NCBI RefSeq assembly: GCF_000148385.1
Contig: NC_014537.1
Span: 540,001-572,000, forward strand
From: Vulcanisaeta distributa DSM 14429
GTDB taxonomy: Archaea; Thermoproteota; Thermoprotei; Thermoproteales; Thermocladiaceae
DNA: 32,000 nt
Direction: 5' to 3'
The notes below the pieces were generated by a model. The model did no database searches. It was given only the letters and a program-made list of their open reading frames with translations, and had not been told where the DNA came from. Positions 23,061-32,000 of the stretch are shown in pieces. The position numbers and the translations under genes are program-made. Position 1 is the first letter of the stretch. Each line of letters opens with the position of its first letter.

Positions 23061-25252
23061 CACATTACACCCCATAGTGAGTTGTACGCAGTCTTTAGGT
23101 CATTTAATTTCAGGGACATCAACTCATGATGGCCCCAGCGGACCACCAAGTGATCACCGCCTGAACCGCCTATTACCGAGAATGGCACGCCCAGGCTGCT
23201 GAGGATGCCCATAGCCCTATCAACATCCTTATTTCTAACCTCGATGACATACCTAGCGTTCGTCTCGGAAAATGCCAATGCCGTTGGGTCGATGCCGCAC
23301 TCATCAGTTGGCACCCTGGACAAATCAATGTTGAAACCAACCCCGTTTATCAGAGCCATTTTACTTAGCGTGGTTAATAAACCACCAACGCCGACATCCA
23401 TTGAGGCGGTCACTAGGCCCTCATGAATCAGCCTAAGGATTGCCCTGGAGTTCCTAACCTCATCCCTCGGCCTGGGCCTTGGTGGTATGCCCCTGACAAT
23501 GCCGTGAACCGCGTATAGGTACTCGGAACCCCCCATCTCGTTGGATGTATTGCCTATGATTATTAACGCCCCATCCCCAATGAGCCCGCCGTCGACGGCC
23601 TCATCAACGTCGTCCACCCGGCCCAGTACCGCCACGGCAACCACGGGCTTAATTACATTGCCCCTGGAATCCTCATTGTAAAAACTAACTTTTCCACCGA
23701 CTACCGGTATGCCCAGTTCACGGGCAAACCAGGCAAGGCCCAGCACTGAGTTTACGAAATACCAATACCTATCGGGCTTCTCGGGATTACCCACGTTTAT
23801 TGAGTCCACGGCCGCCAGGGGCTCCGCGCCAACGGCGACTACGTTCCTGTAGGCCTTGGCTAGGGAATTGGCGGCCCCAATGAATGGGTCGAGGAATGAG
23901 TACCTTGGGTTGGCATCGGCCTTCACGGCGATCCCCAACTTACCATCGCCCCCATCTACGTCAAGTAACCTAAGCACCGCTGCGCCAGCCCTACCTGGTT
24001 TAATCACGGTCCTAACGCCGACCTCATAGTCGTACAGGCTGAATATTGGTTCCTTAGACGCCATATTAGGATCACTCAGTATCTTTGTCAATGCCTCTTC
24101 GAGGGGCACGTCAGGGAGCTCCGGTATCGCCCTCAACTCACCCAGGTAATGCGGCTCCCTTATGTCGTAATTAGTCTCCGGCGCGTGGGTTATGAGCTTC
24201 ACGGGTAGGTTAACGATGGCTTCACCGCCGTAGTAAGCCACGAACATGCCGTTGTTAGTCAGTACTCCTACTACGTCATAGCCAACCCCATACCTCCTCA
24301 AAATGCCCTCAACCTCGTCAAGCCCCTCCTTACTTACCACGATCACCATCCTCTCCTGGGATTCGGAGACCAGGATCTCCTCGGGCGCCATGCCCTCCCT
24401 AGTCCTAATCCTATCCAGATGAACCTCAATTCCGAGGCCGAATTGATCGGCCAATTCACTGAGTGCCGTGGCCAGGCCCCCGCCGCCCACGTCCTTAATC
24501 GCCTTAACCAACCCCCTACCTCTCAACTCGATCAATGCATCAATTAGTAACTTCTCAAGTAATGGATTGCCGACCTGCACAGCGCCTATGTTATCCTCGT
24601 TCCTTTCCAGGATCTTGGATGCGAAGGAACTACCGAGCATCCCATCCCTACCCACGTCATTACCGATGACTAGGACTATATCCCCAGGGCTTGCCTCACC
24701 GACCACGACGTCCTCAGGTCGACCAACGCCGATACACGTCACCAGGACTATTGGGTTGGTGGTAAAGGACTCGTCAAACCACACCTCACCCGCGACCACG
24801 GGCACGCCAATCCTATTCCCATAGTCCGAGATACCCCTAACAACGTTCCTCATCAACCACTGGGAGTGGGGATTATTAGGTGGCCCGAAGTGGAGGTTGT
24901 CCATTAATGCAATGGGCCTTAAACCCGTGGTTAATATGTCCCTAACGATGCCCCCAACGCCCGTTGCGGCGCCGTCGTAGGGGTCCACGGCAGATGGGTG
25001 GTTATGGCTCTCTATCTTGAAACTAACCACGAGGTTCCCCACGCGGATTAATGGCGCATCAAGCCCGGGCCCTCTAATCACGTGTGGGGCCCCGCTGGGT
25101 AGTAACTTAAGGAACCTCCTGCTGCTCTTATATGAGCAGTGCTCACTCCACTCAGCCTCAAACACCAACCACTCGGCCTGAGTCGGTTCTCTACCTAGGG
25201 ACTTCCTAATTACCGACTTCTCATTATCACTGAGGGGCATGGTGTCGGTCAC
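23060..25252 (-). CDS. purL: phosphoribosylformylglycinamidine synthase II, PurL (small type)
   Basis: 730 aa with EAEWSEHCSYKSS, IESHNHPSAVDPYDGAATGVGG and a duplicated AIR-synthase-like fold. It accompanies separate purS and purQ genes. The start may be the Met at 25240 (MPLSDNEK). Confidence 0.9.
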   Translation of the reverse strand: MTDTMPLSDNEKSVIRKSLGREPTQAEWLVFEAEWSEHCSYKSSRRFLKLLPSGAPHVIRGPGLDAPLIRVGNLVVSFKIESHNHPSAVDPYDGAATGVGGIVRDILTTGLRPIALMDNLHFGPPNNPHSQWLMRNVVRGISDYGNRIGVPVVAGEVWFDESFTTNPIVLVTCIGVGRPEDVVVGEASPGDIVLVIGNDVGRDGMLGSSFASKILERNEDNIGAVQVGNPLLEKLLIDALIELRGRGLVKAIKDVGGGGLATALSELADQFGLGIEVHLDRIRTREGMAPEEILVSESQERMVIVVSKEGLDEVEGILRRYGVGYDVVGVLTNNGMFVAYYGGEAIVNLPVKLITHAPETNYDIREPHYLGELRAIPELPDVPLEEALTKILSDPNMASKEPIFSLYDYEVGVRTVIKPGRAGAAVLRLLDVDGGDGKLGIAVKADANPRYSFLDPFIGAANSLAKAYRNVVAVGAEPLAAVDSINVGNPEKPDRYWYFVNSVLGLAWFARELGIPVVGGKVSFYNEDSRGNVIKPVVAVAVLGRVDDVDEAVDGGLIGDGALIIIGNTSNEMGGSEYLYAVHGIVRGIPPRPRPRDEVRNSRAILRLIHEGLVTASMDVGVGGLLTTLSKMALINGVGFNIDLSRVPTDECGIDPTALAFSETNARYVIEVRNKDVDRAMGILSSLGVPFSVIGGSGGDHLVVRWGHHELMSLKLNDLKTAYNSLWGVM

Positions 25253-25267
25253 CGTTTAATTTATTAT

Positions 25268-25276
25268 TTAAACAAT
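25268..25276 (+). promoter_or_regulatory. TTAAACAAT copy on the purL side of the purL/purE divergent spacer
   Basis: Exact 9-mer, overlapping the only TATA-like stretch (atttaaac) upstream of purL. Confidence 0.35.
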
Positions 25277-25310
25277 ACACGGTCATATTACGACTAATAA
25301 TGAAAAAATA

Positions 25311-25320
25311 CTTTTAAAAG
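25311..25320 (+). promoter_or_regulatory. TATA box (cttttaaaag) of purE-purK
   Basis: Centred 27-28 nt upstream of ATG 25343. Confidence 0.5.
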
Positions 25321-25326
25321 TTTTCT

Positions 25327-25335
25327 TTAAACAAT
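25327..25335 (+). promoter_or_regulatory. TTAAACAAT copy between the purE TATA box and its start codon (operator-like position)
   Basis: Exact 9-mer, 8 nt upstream of ATG 25343 and 7 nt downstream of the TATA box. Confidence 0.4.
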
Positions 25336-25342
25336 AAACGCG

Positions 25343-25828
25343 ATGAATACGAAACCACTGGTTGGCGTGATAATGGGCAGTAAAAATGACTGGGACGTGA
25401 TGAGGGAGGCCGTGGAGCTGCTCAACCAATTGGGCATACCCAATGAGGCCAGGGTGGTCTCGGCACACAGGACGCCGGAGTTCATGTTTGAGTACGCAAA
25501 GACGGCGCTTGATAGGGGCTTGGAGGTAATAATAGCCGGCGCCGGAGGCGCAGCTCACCTGCCCGGCATGACGGCCTCGCTGACGCCCCTACCCGTAATT
25601 GGCGTACCAATACCAAGCAAGCACTTGAATGGGCTTGACTCATTACTATCAATAGTGCAGATGCCCTATGGGACCCCCGTCGCCACCGTCGCCATAGGCA
25701 ACGCTAGGAATGCGGCGTTACTGGCCGCGAGGATACTCGGCATTAAGTACCCAAGCATTAGGGCTAAGGTAATCGAACTCATGGAGTCCATGAAGAGTGA
25801 GGTGCTGAACACGGCGCTCAGCCTATGA
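25343..25828 (+). CDS. purE: N5-carboxyaminoimidazole ribonucleotide mutase PurE (class I)
   Basis: 161 aa with [21 protein letters not shown] and [10 protein letters not shown]. purK follows, with an ATGA overlap at 25825-25828. Confidence 0.9.
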   Translation: MNTKPLVGVIMGSKNDWDVMREAVELLNQLGIPNEARVVSAHRTPEFMFEYAKTALDRGLEVIIAGAGGAAHLPGMTASLTPLPVIGVPIPSKHLNGLDSLLSIVQMPYGTPVATVAIGNARNAALLAARILGIKYPSIRAKVIELMESMKSEVLNTALSL

Positions 25829-26949
25829 GCAGGGTATTGGGCATCCTAGGCGGTGGGCAGCTGGGCTTAATGATGATTCTAGAGAGTAGGAAGTTGGGTA
25901 TTAAGTTCCTCGTGCATGACGAGGACCCGGAGGCGCCGGCGTTGGGCGTGGCGGATGGCAAGTACGTCGGTAACTCATGGAGGGAATTGGTGCATAAGTC
26001 CGATGTGGTCACCTTCGAATTTGAGCACGTAAACCCCAACGCAGTGAGCACTGCTGAGTCACTTGGTAAGTTAAGGCCCAACTCACTAACAATATGGCTG
26101 AAGCAGGACAAAATCCGTGAGAAGGTATTCCTTAGGGACAATGGCTTCCCCGTGCCCAACTTCATGATCATCAACGGCCCTGAGGACGTGGATAGAGCCT
26201 TTGAGCAATTTGGGAGGGTGGTCTTCAAGGAGCCACAGGGTGCATATGATGGTAGGGGGCAGTACTACGTGATGAAGAGGGAGGACCTAAGTAAGGTGCC
26301 TAGGAAGTTCCCATTGCTCGCCGAGGAGTTCGTGGACATACGTAAGGAGGTCTCGGTGGTTTTAGTCAGGTCCAGCAGTGGTGAGGTGCTCACCTACCCA
26401 GTTACGGAGAACTACCATTATAACGGGATCCTCCTCTATAGCATAGCCCCTGCGGAGGTTGATGAGGAAGTAGCCAATAAGGCCAGGGAGATAGCCGTGA
26501 GGCTCGCCAATGCCCTAAACTACGTTGGGGTCCTCACGGTTGAGTTCTTCATAACCAGGGAGGGGGATGTCCTCATCAACGAGTTCGCACCCCGCGTCCA
26601 CAACTCAGGCCACTGGACATTAATGGGCGCCGCAGTGAGCCAATTCGAGAATCACGTGAGGGCAGTCCTAGACATGCCGCTGGGGCCCACTACGCTACTG
26701 AGGCCTTCGGGCATAGTAAACATGCTGGGCGTGCCTTATGATGAGGAAGTGATTAAGAGGGTATTGGCGATACCAGGGACCAGCGTCTGGTGGTATGGTA
26801 AAGCCAGGGTTAGGCCGAGGCGTAAGATGGGCCACATAAACATAGTTGCTGATACCACCAATGAATTGAGGAAAAGGATTAATGAGGTATTAGGTATTGT
26901 GTACGGTAATGAAATAGATAAGTACGTACCACCGTGGAGCTCAGTATAA
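25825..26949 (+). CDS. purK: N5-carboxyaminoimidazole ribonucleotide synthase PurK
   Basis: 374 aa with an ATP-grasp fold: [36 protein letters not shown]. Confidence 0.9.
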   Translation: MSRVLGILGGGQLGLMMILESRKLGIKFLVHDEDPEAPALGVADGKYVGNSWRELVHKSDVVTFEFEHVNPNAVSTAESLGKLRPNSLTIWLKQDKIREKVFLRDNGFPVPNFMIINGPEDVDRAFEQFGRVVFKEPQGAYDGRGQYYVMKREDLSKVPRKFPLLAEEFVDIRKEVSVVLVRSSSGEVLTYPVTENYHYNGILLYSIAPAEVDEEVANKAREIAVRLANALNYVGVLTVEFFITREGDVLINEFAPRVHNSGHWTLMGAAVSQFENHVRAVLDMPLGPTTLLRPSGIVNMLGVPYDEEVIKRVLAIPGTSVWWYGKARVRPRRKMGHINIVADTTNELRKRINEVLGIVYGNEIDKYVPPWSSV

Positions 26950-27123
26950 AAATATGATATGTTTACGTTTCAGTTTTCAAACTAGAACCCCCCATTGATT
27001 TACTACGCCTTAAGAGCATTAAACCGCTATTACACCATGCCCAACCAGCCTCCGCTTTATTGAGGAAATCGGCGCGATGAGTCGTTAATCGATGAGGTGA
27101 TGAGGCAATGCATGGTTATGGAA

Positions 27124-27573
27124 TTACCGCTTTCCTTCCGAGGGCCTTAACTTACCTGGTGGATCGCTCCTAAATCTCCATAATCCCTTACCGAAGGATT
27201 CGACAATTATTTCCAGCTCATCGGCGAGTAAATCGCTTATCAACGGTTCATCGGCCAATGGCGAGACCAGAACGTCAACCAGCACCTCCCTGGACTCGGC
27301 ATCGCCCGTGACCACCTTAACGGTTGCGGCCCTTGGGTAAAACCACACATTTAATGGGCCACCGGCCGTGTCAACCCTAACCTCCCTGGCATCCTCAGTG
27401 GGTGGCCAGAGGCCGAGGGCCCTCGCAGTGCTTATCGGGATTAGTAGTTGTGGCGTAGGTGCCTCAAAACCACTATTAAGTAGTGCCACCTCCTCCACCG
27501 CCTTGTTCCCCACCCTTATCCTACCAACATAGGCGAAGCTTCCGTACTTAATCCTACCAACCCTAACACTCAT
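27124..27573 (-). CDS. retropepsin-like (clan AA, DTGF-type) aspartic-protease-fold protein with Asn in place of the catalytic Asp
   Basis: The track ORF is 27124..27606 (TTG start); ATG 27573 gives MSVRVGRIKYGSFAYVGRIRVGN.... The pattern 'beta-strand then ALLNSGFEAPTPQLLIPISTARALGL' matches the hhhD(T/S)GF...LGL signature of small archaeal and bacterial retropepsin-like proteins, except that NSGF replaces DTGF/DSGF. The C-terminal PLISDLLADELEIIVESFGKGLWRF resembles the family's closing strands. Confidence 0.4.
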   Translation of the reverse strand: MSVRVGRIKYGSFAYVGRIRVGNKAVEEVALLNSGFEAPTPQLLIPISTARALGLWPPTEDAREVRVDTAGGPLNVWFYPRAATVKVVTGDAESREVLVDVLVSPLADEPLISDLLADELEIIVESFGKGLWRFRSDPPGKLRPSEGKR

Positions 27574-27612
27574 CAGCCTAATCTCTAACTTTGGGTTTAA
27601 AACCAAGCAACG

Positions 27613-29103
27613 CTACTTGCTTGGCCTTTTAGGGATTTTGTATGGCCTCGCATCCCTCCAGAACTCCTCCTCAACCTCGACTGGTAGATCGTACTCCACG
27701 GGGTCCCTAACACCATTAATCCTGAACGCCCACCTCCTCATGTAGCACGGCCCACACCTACCGCAATGCCTCTCTCCATTATCATAACAACTCCAGGTCA
27801 GGTGTAGCGGTGCGCCGACCTCGAGACCTAGCTTAACGATTTCATGCTTAACCAAGTGTCCCACGGGCATTAGTAACTCCACATGCTTATTGGGGCCAAC
27901 GGCGTAGGGCATCACCTTGTTTAGGAGCCTTATGAACTCCATTTCATTGTCAGGATAAGCCCCTGCCTCCTCCAGGTTAATTCCCGTGGCTATGTAGTCA
28001 TAGCCGTAAGCCTCGGCAATGGCTGTCGCTAGGGCTATGAACACGAAGTTCCTGGCGGGAACCCACTCATGCGCAAATTCCGCGCCTTCCCTGCCCTCAT
28101 CAACCCTATTAATCTCCCCATCACCGAGGAGTGGTGAGTGCCTAACCACCTTGAAGAAGTCCATGCTTACCTCAAGCAATGGGACGCCGAGGAACTCAGC
28201 AATCCTCCTAATAGCCCTATCCTCCTGGGTCTCAGCCCTATGCCCATAGTTAAAGTGCAGTAATGCCACATCATACCCCTGCTTGAGTAGGTACGTGGCC
28301 GCCGTGGTTGAGTCAAGCCCACCACTGGCTATTACGAGGACCCTCCTTCTCCTACCCTGCTCCTCCCTCCTTAGTGATACCGTGGACCAGGTACCATCAA
28401 TCCCAATCTCCATGGCCGTGTACGGCTCCACACGCCTTATGGTCGGCATATCCCAAATGGGCCTGCCTTGATCATTGACTAGGTAATCATCCAGGCTCGC
28501 GAAGAATAGGGCCTTCAGGTCACTGTACCAAGCCATATATAGAGGCTTGAAGTTTGTGGCGAGCCAGACCTTGCCGGGTCTGCGGGTATCCATTATAGCC
28601 AGTGCATAACTGCCAATGACGTGGTTAATCAACACATCCCTAAGCCCATTCAGCGACCCATCCCAAAGCCTCTCGAGTAGGGGTGGGAGTATTGCAGTAT
28701 CTATCCTGGACCTACGGGTCAGGTTGAACTTGGTCTCCAGGTCCTTATCGTTCGCTATCGTGCCGTTGTGAGCCACCACCACGTGCTCGCCAATCATCGG
28801 CTGTATGTCATCCTCCGTCTTAGCCCTCACGTACTCCGTCGTTGGCTCAGCCCTATTGTTGAATATTGCAGCCACCGTATTCTCATTGATGATGCTGGGC
28901 ATCCTACTCACCGCAATGCTTGGTCTATCCCTGCTCTTGAACACGTTCAACTCGCCGTTTTTGTCCAGGGCAACGATGCCGAAGCTGTCACGGCCCCTCT
29001 CCTCGCCCTTGACAACGATCATCCTTAGAACCTCCTCAATCCTCTTGGCCCTATCCCTATCTAACCTATCGCCAAAAATCAGCACCCCACCGATTGTGCA
29101 CAT
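27613..29103 (-). CDS. queC: GAT-QueC fusion: class-II (Ntn) glutamine amidotransferase domain fused to a 7-cyano-7-deazaguanine synthase (QueC) domain
   Basis: The N-terminus MCTIGG, plus an NGTIAN-type block, marks an Ntn amidotransferase. The C-terminal half has VLVIASGGLDSTTAATYLL (PP-loop), NYGHRA and the zinc Cys cluster WSCYDNGERHCGRCGPCYMR. Such a fusion is described in the literature on crenarchaeal archaeosine synthesis, as I recall it. Confidence 0.8.
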   Translation of the reverse strand: MCTIGGVLIFGDRLDRDRAKRIEEVLRMIVVKGEERGRDSFGIVALDKNGELNVFKSRDRPSIAVSRMPSIINENTVAAIFNNRAEPTTEYVRAKTEDDIQPMIGEHVVVAHNGTIANDKDLETKFNLTRRSRIDTAILPPLLERLWDGSLNGLRDVLINHVIGSYALAIMDTRRPGKVWLATNFKPLYMAWYSDLKALFFASLDDYLVNDQGRPIWDMPTIRRVEPYTAMEIGIDGTWSTVSLRREEQGRRRRVLVIASGGLDSTTAATYLLKQGYDVALLHFNYGHRAETQEDRAIRRIAEFLGVPLLEVSMDFFKVVRHSPLLGDGEINRVDEGREGAEFAHEWVPARNFVFIALATAIAEAYGYDYIATGINLEEAGAYPDNEMEFIRLLNKVMPYAVGPNKHVELLMPVGHLVKHEIVKLGLEVGAPLHLTWSCYDNGERHCGRCGPCYMRRWAFRINGVRDPVEYDLPVEVEEEFWRDARPYKIPKRPSK

Positions 29104-29136
29104 CCTGACCTGGGCCGTGCATGAGTATTTAAGCTT

Positions 29137-29799
29137 TCACTTAAATCCCATTAAAATATGGAGTCTCGGTGTGTAATTAACACCGAGCTTCATGGCCATG
29201 GGCTTGGTAACGCCCTCATCCTTTGCAATGCACTCCTCACGTGTCGTGCACTGACTCATTAAGTAGACCCTATCACGTGGTATACCGAATTTATTAATGA
29301 ACCAAAGAACCTCATCGACATCCCCAGGCTTATCAACAACAAACTTAAAGATGGCCTTGCCACTCATCACGAAATCCCTAATGGCCAACTCATTAACCCT
29401 AACCCTTACTGAAACGCCCGAGTTGGATAGCTTAGGCGACACGTTGAACTCATCGACGTAGTTGACGAGCTCGCCGGGCCTAAGCGTGCCATTCGTCTCA
29501 ACCTCCACGAAGAATCCCTGAGCCCTTATGAAACGCAGTAATTGAAGTAACTCACGGGACCAGAGCAGCGGCTCACCACCAGTCACCACCAAGTGCCTTA
29601 CGCCACCGGCGGTCTTCATCAAGACCTCATACACGTCATGAACGTTCATTTCAGTTCCGCCAAACCACGAATACTTAGTGTCACACCACGAACACCTTAG
29701 GTTGCAGAGGGCTAGCCTTAGAAAGACCGCCTCCCTACCCGCGTTGGGTCCCTCGCCTTGCCAGGACTTGAATATCTCAATGACCCTCACGGATTTCAT
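29137..29799 (-). CDS. queE: 7-carboxy-7-deazaguanine synthase QueE (radical SAM)
   Basis: 220 aa with FKSWQGEGPNAGREAVFLRLALCNLRCSWCDTKY (CX3CX2C) and LVVTGGEPLL. Confidence 0.85.
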   Translation of the reverse strand: MKSVRVIEIFKSWQGEGPNAGREAVFLRLALCNLRCSWCDTKYSWFGGTEMNVHDVYEVLMKTAGGVRHLVVTGGEPLLWSRELLQLLRFIRAQGFFVEVETNGTLRPGELVNYVDEFNVSPKLSNSGVSVRVRVNELAIRDFVMSGKAIFKFVVDKPGDVDEVLWFINKFGIPRDRVYLMSQCTTREECIAKDEGVTKPMAMKLGVNYTPRLHILMGFK

Positions 29800-29835
29800 G
29801 CGTAAATGCTTATTTTAAGGGTTAATCAGGGATTA

Positions 29836-30675
29836 ATGATGTTTGGGATAATTGGACTTGGCGGTGTGGGTATTCTCCTCGCCCACTTCCTCAATAATGC
29901 CGGTTACGTGCCGTATGTCGTGACGAGGACTCACTATGGCCGTTACGTTATTAAATTCGGTGAAGAGCGTGAGGTTAGGGTGAGGCTCGTTGATAAATTA
30001 CCCAGTGATGTTAAGTATACCTTAATTGCCGTTAAGGCTTACGACACTGAGTCCATAATTGATAAGGTAGTTAATATCCCCGTGATATTTCAGAACGGCA
30101 TTGGCGGCGTTGAATTAATCCGGAAGAGGCTCGGCGTTGGTTATGGTGCTGTCATTACGTATGGCGTTACGAGGAGTGGCAGTGTGGCTGAGGTTAGGGG
30201 TGTTGGTGAGGTGATACTGCCTAGCTCCGTGGGTGAGGTTGCCGATGTCCTAAGGGCCGGGGGCGCCAATGTCAGGGTAGTTGATGACATTGAGCCCTAC
30301 AGGTGGTTGAAGGTGATTGTTAACGCGGCCATTAACCCAATAACCGCGATCCTGAGAGCTAGGAATGGTGTGATTCTCGAGGACCCCAACGCCAGGGCGT
30401 TAGTGGAGGCAGTGGTCAGGGAGGGTGTTGATGTGGTTAATAGGCTGGGCATTAGGCTACCCAGCGATCCATTGGTCGAGACCCTAAGGGTTGCCGAGGC
30501 CACTAGGGATAATCAATCATCAATGTTGCAGGACGTACTGAATCGCCGGAGGACTGAGGTGGATTACATAAATGGAGCCATAGTGACCAGGGGTAGGGAG
30601 GTTGGCGTGAGTACTCCCGTTAATTATGTGCTTTGGTTGCTGGTTAAGTCGCTGGAGGTAAATGCTTATAAGTAG
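29836..30675 (+). CDS. panE: 2-dehydropantoate 2-reductase (ketopantoate reductase, ApbA/PanE family)
   Basis: MMFGIIGLGGVGILLAHFL (Rossmann fold), NGIGG, and SSMLQDVLNRRRTEVDYINGAIV. I prefer ATG 29836 over the track start at 29806. Confidence 0.8.
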   Translation: MMFGIIGLGGVGILLAHFLNNAGYVPYVVTRTHYGRYVIKFGEEREVRVRLVDKLPSDVKYTLIAVKAYDTESIIDKVVNIPVIFQNGIGGVELIRKRLGVGYGAVITYGVTRSGSVAEVRGVGEVILPSSVGEVADVLRAGGANVRVVDDIEPYRWLKVIVNAAINPITAILRARNGVILEDPNARALVEAVVREGVDVVNRLGIRLPSDPLVETLRVAEATRDNQSSMLQDVLNRRRTEVDYINGAIVTRGREVGVSTPVNYVLWLLVKSLEVNAYK

Positions 30676-30695
30676 GATTTCTATCCTATTTCGTC

Positions 30696-31784
30696 ATGGA
30701 GGCAGTAACGGTCCACCTGGGCGACTTCTCAAGCCATATGCGGGAGCTAAGCAGAGGCTTCCTCTTTACTCTAGTCATAGGAACCACAGACACGAGCTTA
30801 GTGCCTGGAATAACCATCGCCGGGGCCAAGCCAGAGCTAACCCACTACACGCCGGCGGCTGATGCTGAGTATTTAGTGCTTGGTAGATGCCAGGTGATAC
30901 CTACCGTGCCCATGACGCCAGATGGTAAGCCTACGCCAGCGTTAATCACTAGGGCCGTCATCAAGCTCACGGGTGCGGGGGTCCTCGTTGTTAATGCGGG
31001 GGCTAGGGTCAGGCCTAACATACCCATCATTGACCTACAGGGAGAGCCTGGCAGGGACATTAGGACTGGCCTTGCAATTGATCGAAGCATCGTTGATAGG
31101 GTCTTCAGCAATGGCGTCATCCTCGGCGAGAACCTGGCGAGGGTAAGCGGGGCGATTGTCATTGGCGAGTCAATACCTGCGGGGACCACCACGGCAATGG
31201 CGTTCCTGGTGGCCATGGGCTACGACGCGTGGAATAAGATGTCAAGTGCATCTCCCGTTAACCCGAGGGACTTGAAGATAGCGGTCGTCAAGGAGGCCCT
31301 GAGGAACGCGGGCATCGACAAGCCGTTGGAGGACCCGTTGGAGGCCGTGTCGAGGGTTGGCGATCCGGTGATACCGGCCATGGCGTCGATAGCCATTGGC
31401 GCAGCTAGGCGGGGCGCCAAGGTCCTCCTGGCCGGTGGGACCCAGATGGCTGCGGTCCTCGCATTTATAAAGCACGTGGATAGGGGCGTGCTCAATAACG
31501 TAGCCATTGGGACGACCAAGTGGTTGATTAATGATAGGACTGCAGACTTAATAGGCCTCGTTAGGGAGGTCGCGCATGTTCCCGTGGCCTCCGCGAACCT
31601 TGATTTCAGTAATATGCCCTACGAAGGTCTGAGGGCTTATGAGGGTGGATTCGTGAAGGAGGGGGTTGGTGCTGGCGGTGTGTCCATCGCGGCGATTTCC
31701 AAGGGTTACTCAATCAATCAGTTGCAGGAGGTTATACTTAGTAATTATGAGGAGTTGCTAAAGGGTATGGGTAATACTGCGTGA
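30696..31784 (+). CDS. cobT: archaeal-type nicotinate-nucleotide:dimethylbenzimidazole phosphoribosyltransferase-like protein (UPF0284/TIGR00303, CobT-like)
   Basis: 362 aa. FLFTLVIGTTDTSLVPGITIAGAKPELTHYTPAADAEYLVLG matches the conserved N-terminal block of the archaeal CobT/UPF0284 family as I recall it. Confidence 0.7.
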   Translation: MEAVTVHLGDFSSHMRELSRGFLFTLVIGTTDTSLVPGITIAGAKPELTHYTPAADAEYLVLGRCQVIPTVPMTPDGKPTPALITRAVIKLTGAGVLVVNAGARVRPNIPIIDLQGEPGRDIRTGLAIDRSIVDRVFSNGVILGENLARVSGAIVIGESIPAGTTTAMAFLVAMGYDAWNKMSSASPVNPRDLKIAVVKEALRNAGIDKPLEDPLEAVSRVGDPVIPAMASIAIGAARRGAKVLLAGGTQMAAVLAFIKHVDRGVLNNVAIGTTKWLINDRTADLIGLVREVAHVPVASANLDFSNMPYEGLRAYEGGFVKEGVGAGGVSIAAISKGYSINQLQEVILSNYEELLKGMGNTA

Positions 31785-31844
31785 GTAGCCGCGGTGTGAT
31801 TGACCAATTTTAATGCTGAGGGCATTGTATGAGTACGTATGTCA

Positions 31845-32000
31845 TCAAGACTTAATGTCCTTATAGTACTCAGCACTTGGGAATTCCCCATTCCTAACCT
31901 CACTCACGTACTTAGCCACCGCATCCCTTATGATGGATGCCAAGTCCACGTACTTCTTGGCGAAGCTCGGCGGCCTCTCCGTGAGGCCGAGGACGTCGTG
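31845..32000 (-). CDS. panB: 3-methyl-2-oxobutanoate hydroxymethyltransferase PanB, C-terminal 51 codons only (gene continues past the right edge)
   Basis: Reverse-strand reading gives HDVLGLTERPPSFAKKYVDLASIIRDAVAKYVSEVRNGEFPSAEYYKDIKS*, with the stop at 31847-31845. This is the typical PanB C-terminus (HD-x-LGL...P-x-F-x-K-x-Y...Y-x-x-EV-x-x-G-x-FP). Confidence 0.75.
   Translation of the reverse strand, partial: HDVLGLTERPPSFAKKYVDLASIIRDAVAKYVSEVRNGEFPSAEYYKDIKS

Noticed and set aside
27090-27123. Possible C/D-box sRNA suggested by GTGATGAG (C-box-like) and repeated cgatgag words between purK and the retropepsin-like gene.
   Set aside because: There is no CTGA D or D' box at the expected 12-nt guide spacing on either strand, and no terminal stem.
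11437-31519. Numerous antisense or out-of-frame ORFs of 60-145 aa inside pdxS, pdxT, purQ, purT, purD, purM, purF, purL, purK, queC, panE and cobT (for example 12322..12759-, 14015..14416-, 21158..21583+, 24468..24824+, 25818..26228-, 28805..29176+).
   Set aside because: Each lies wholly within a confidently identified gene on the other strand or in another frame, and has a Ser/Pro/Thr/Leu-rich shadow-ORF composition.
1-32000. CRISPR arrays, tRNA or rRNA genes, transposases, integrases, and known defence or toxin-antitoxin pairs.
   Set aside because: Scanning both strands by eye found no regularly spaced direct repeats, no T-arm (GGTTCRAATC-like) or acceptor-stem patterns, and no DDE, tyrosine or serine recombinase-like ORFs. 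The absence of tRNA and small RNA genes should still be confirmed with tRNAscan-SE and Infernal.

Overview
The window looks like chromosomal DNA from a hyperthermophilic crenarchaeon, probably a Thermoproteales relative of Vulcanisaeta, Caldivirga or Pyrobaculum. That placement is inferred from gene content only: thermopsin, PaREP1, GAT-QueC, split PurL/S/Q, archaeal CobT, and leaderless promoters with a TATA box about 27 nt before the start codon.

Layout:
- 1-7123: a cluster of membrane-anchored or secreted, sequon-rich proteins, including a thermopsin-family protease and one frameshifted AIM24-family gene.
- 7124-10731: a decayed accessory island. Its core is about 1.2 kb of very GC-rich, helix-dense, apparently non-coding sequence (7328-8509). 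This runs directly into a Shine-Dalgarno-led 468-aa ORF with two LAGLIDADG-like motifs (8510-9916). Gene fragments flank it.
- 10732-11202: a PaREP1/HEPN-like gene.
- 11269-12913: pdxS and pdxT.
- 13095-26949: a nearly complete de novo purine cluster (purS, purQ, purT, an MFS transporter, purD, purC, purM, a degenerate purF paralog, purF, purL, purE, purK). It is arranged in divergent operons whose promoters share a perfect 9-mer, TTAAACAAT.
- 27124-32000: a retropepsin-like gene, GAT-queC, queE, panE, an archaeal cobT-like gene, and a partial panB.

I saw no rRNA, tRNA, CRISPR array, transposase or integrase by eye.

The best candidate for something undescribed is the structured-RNA plus LAGLIDADG-like module at 7328-9916.
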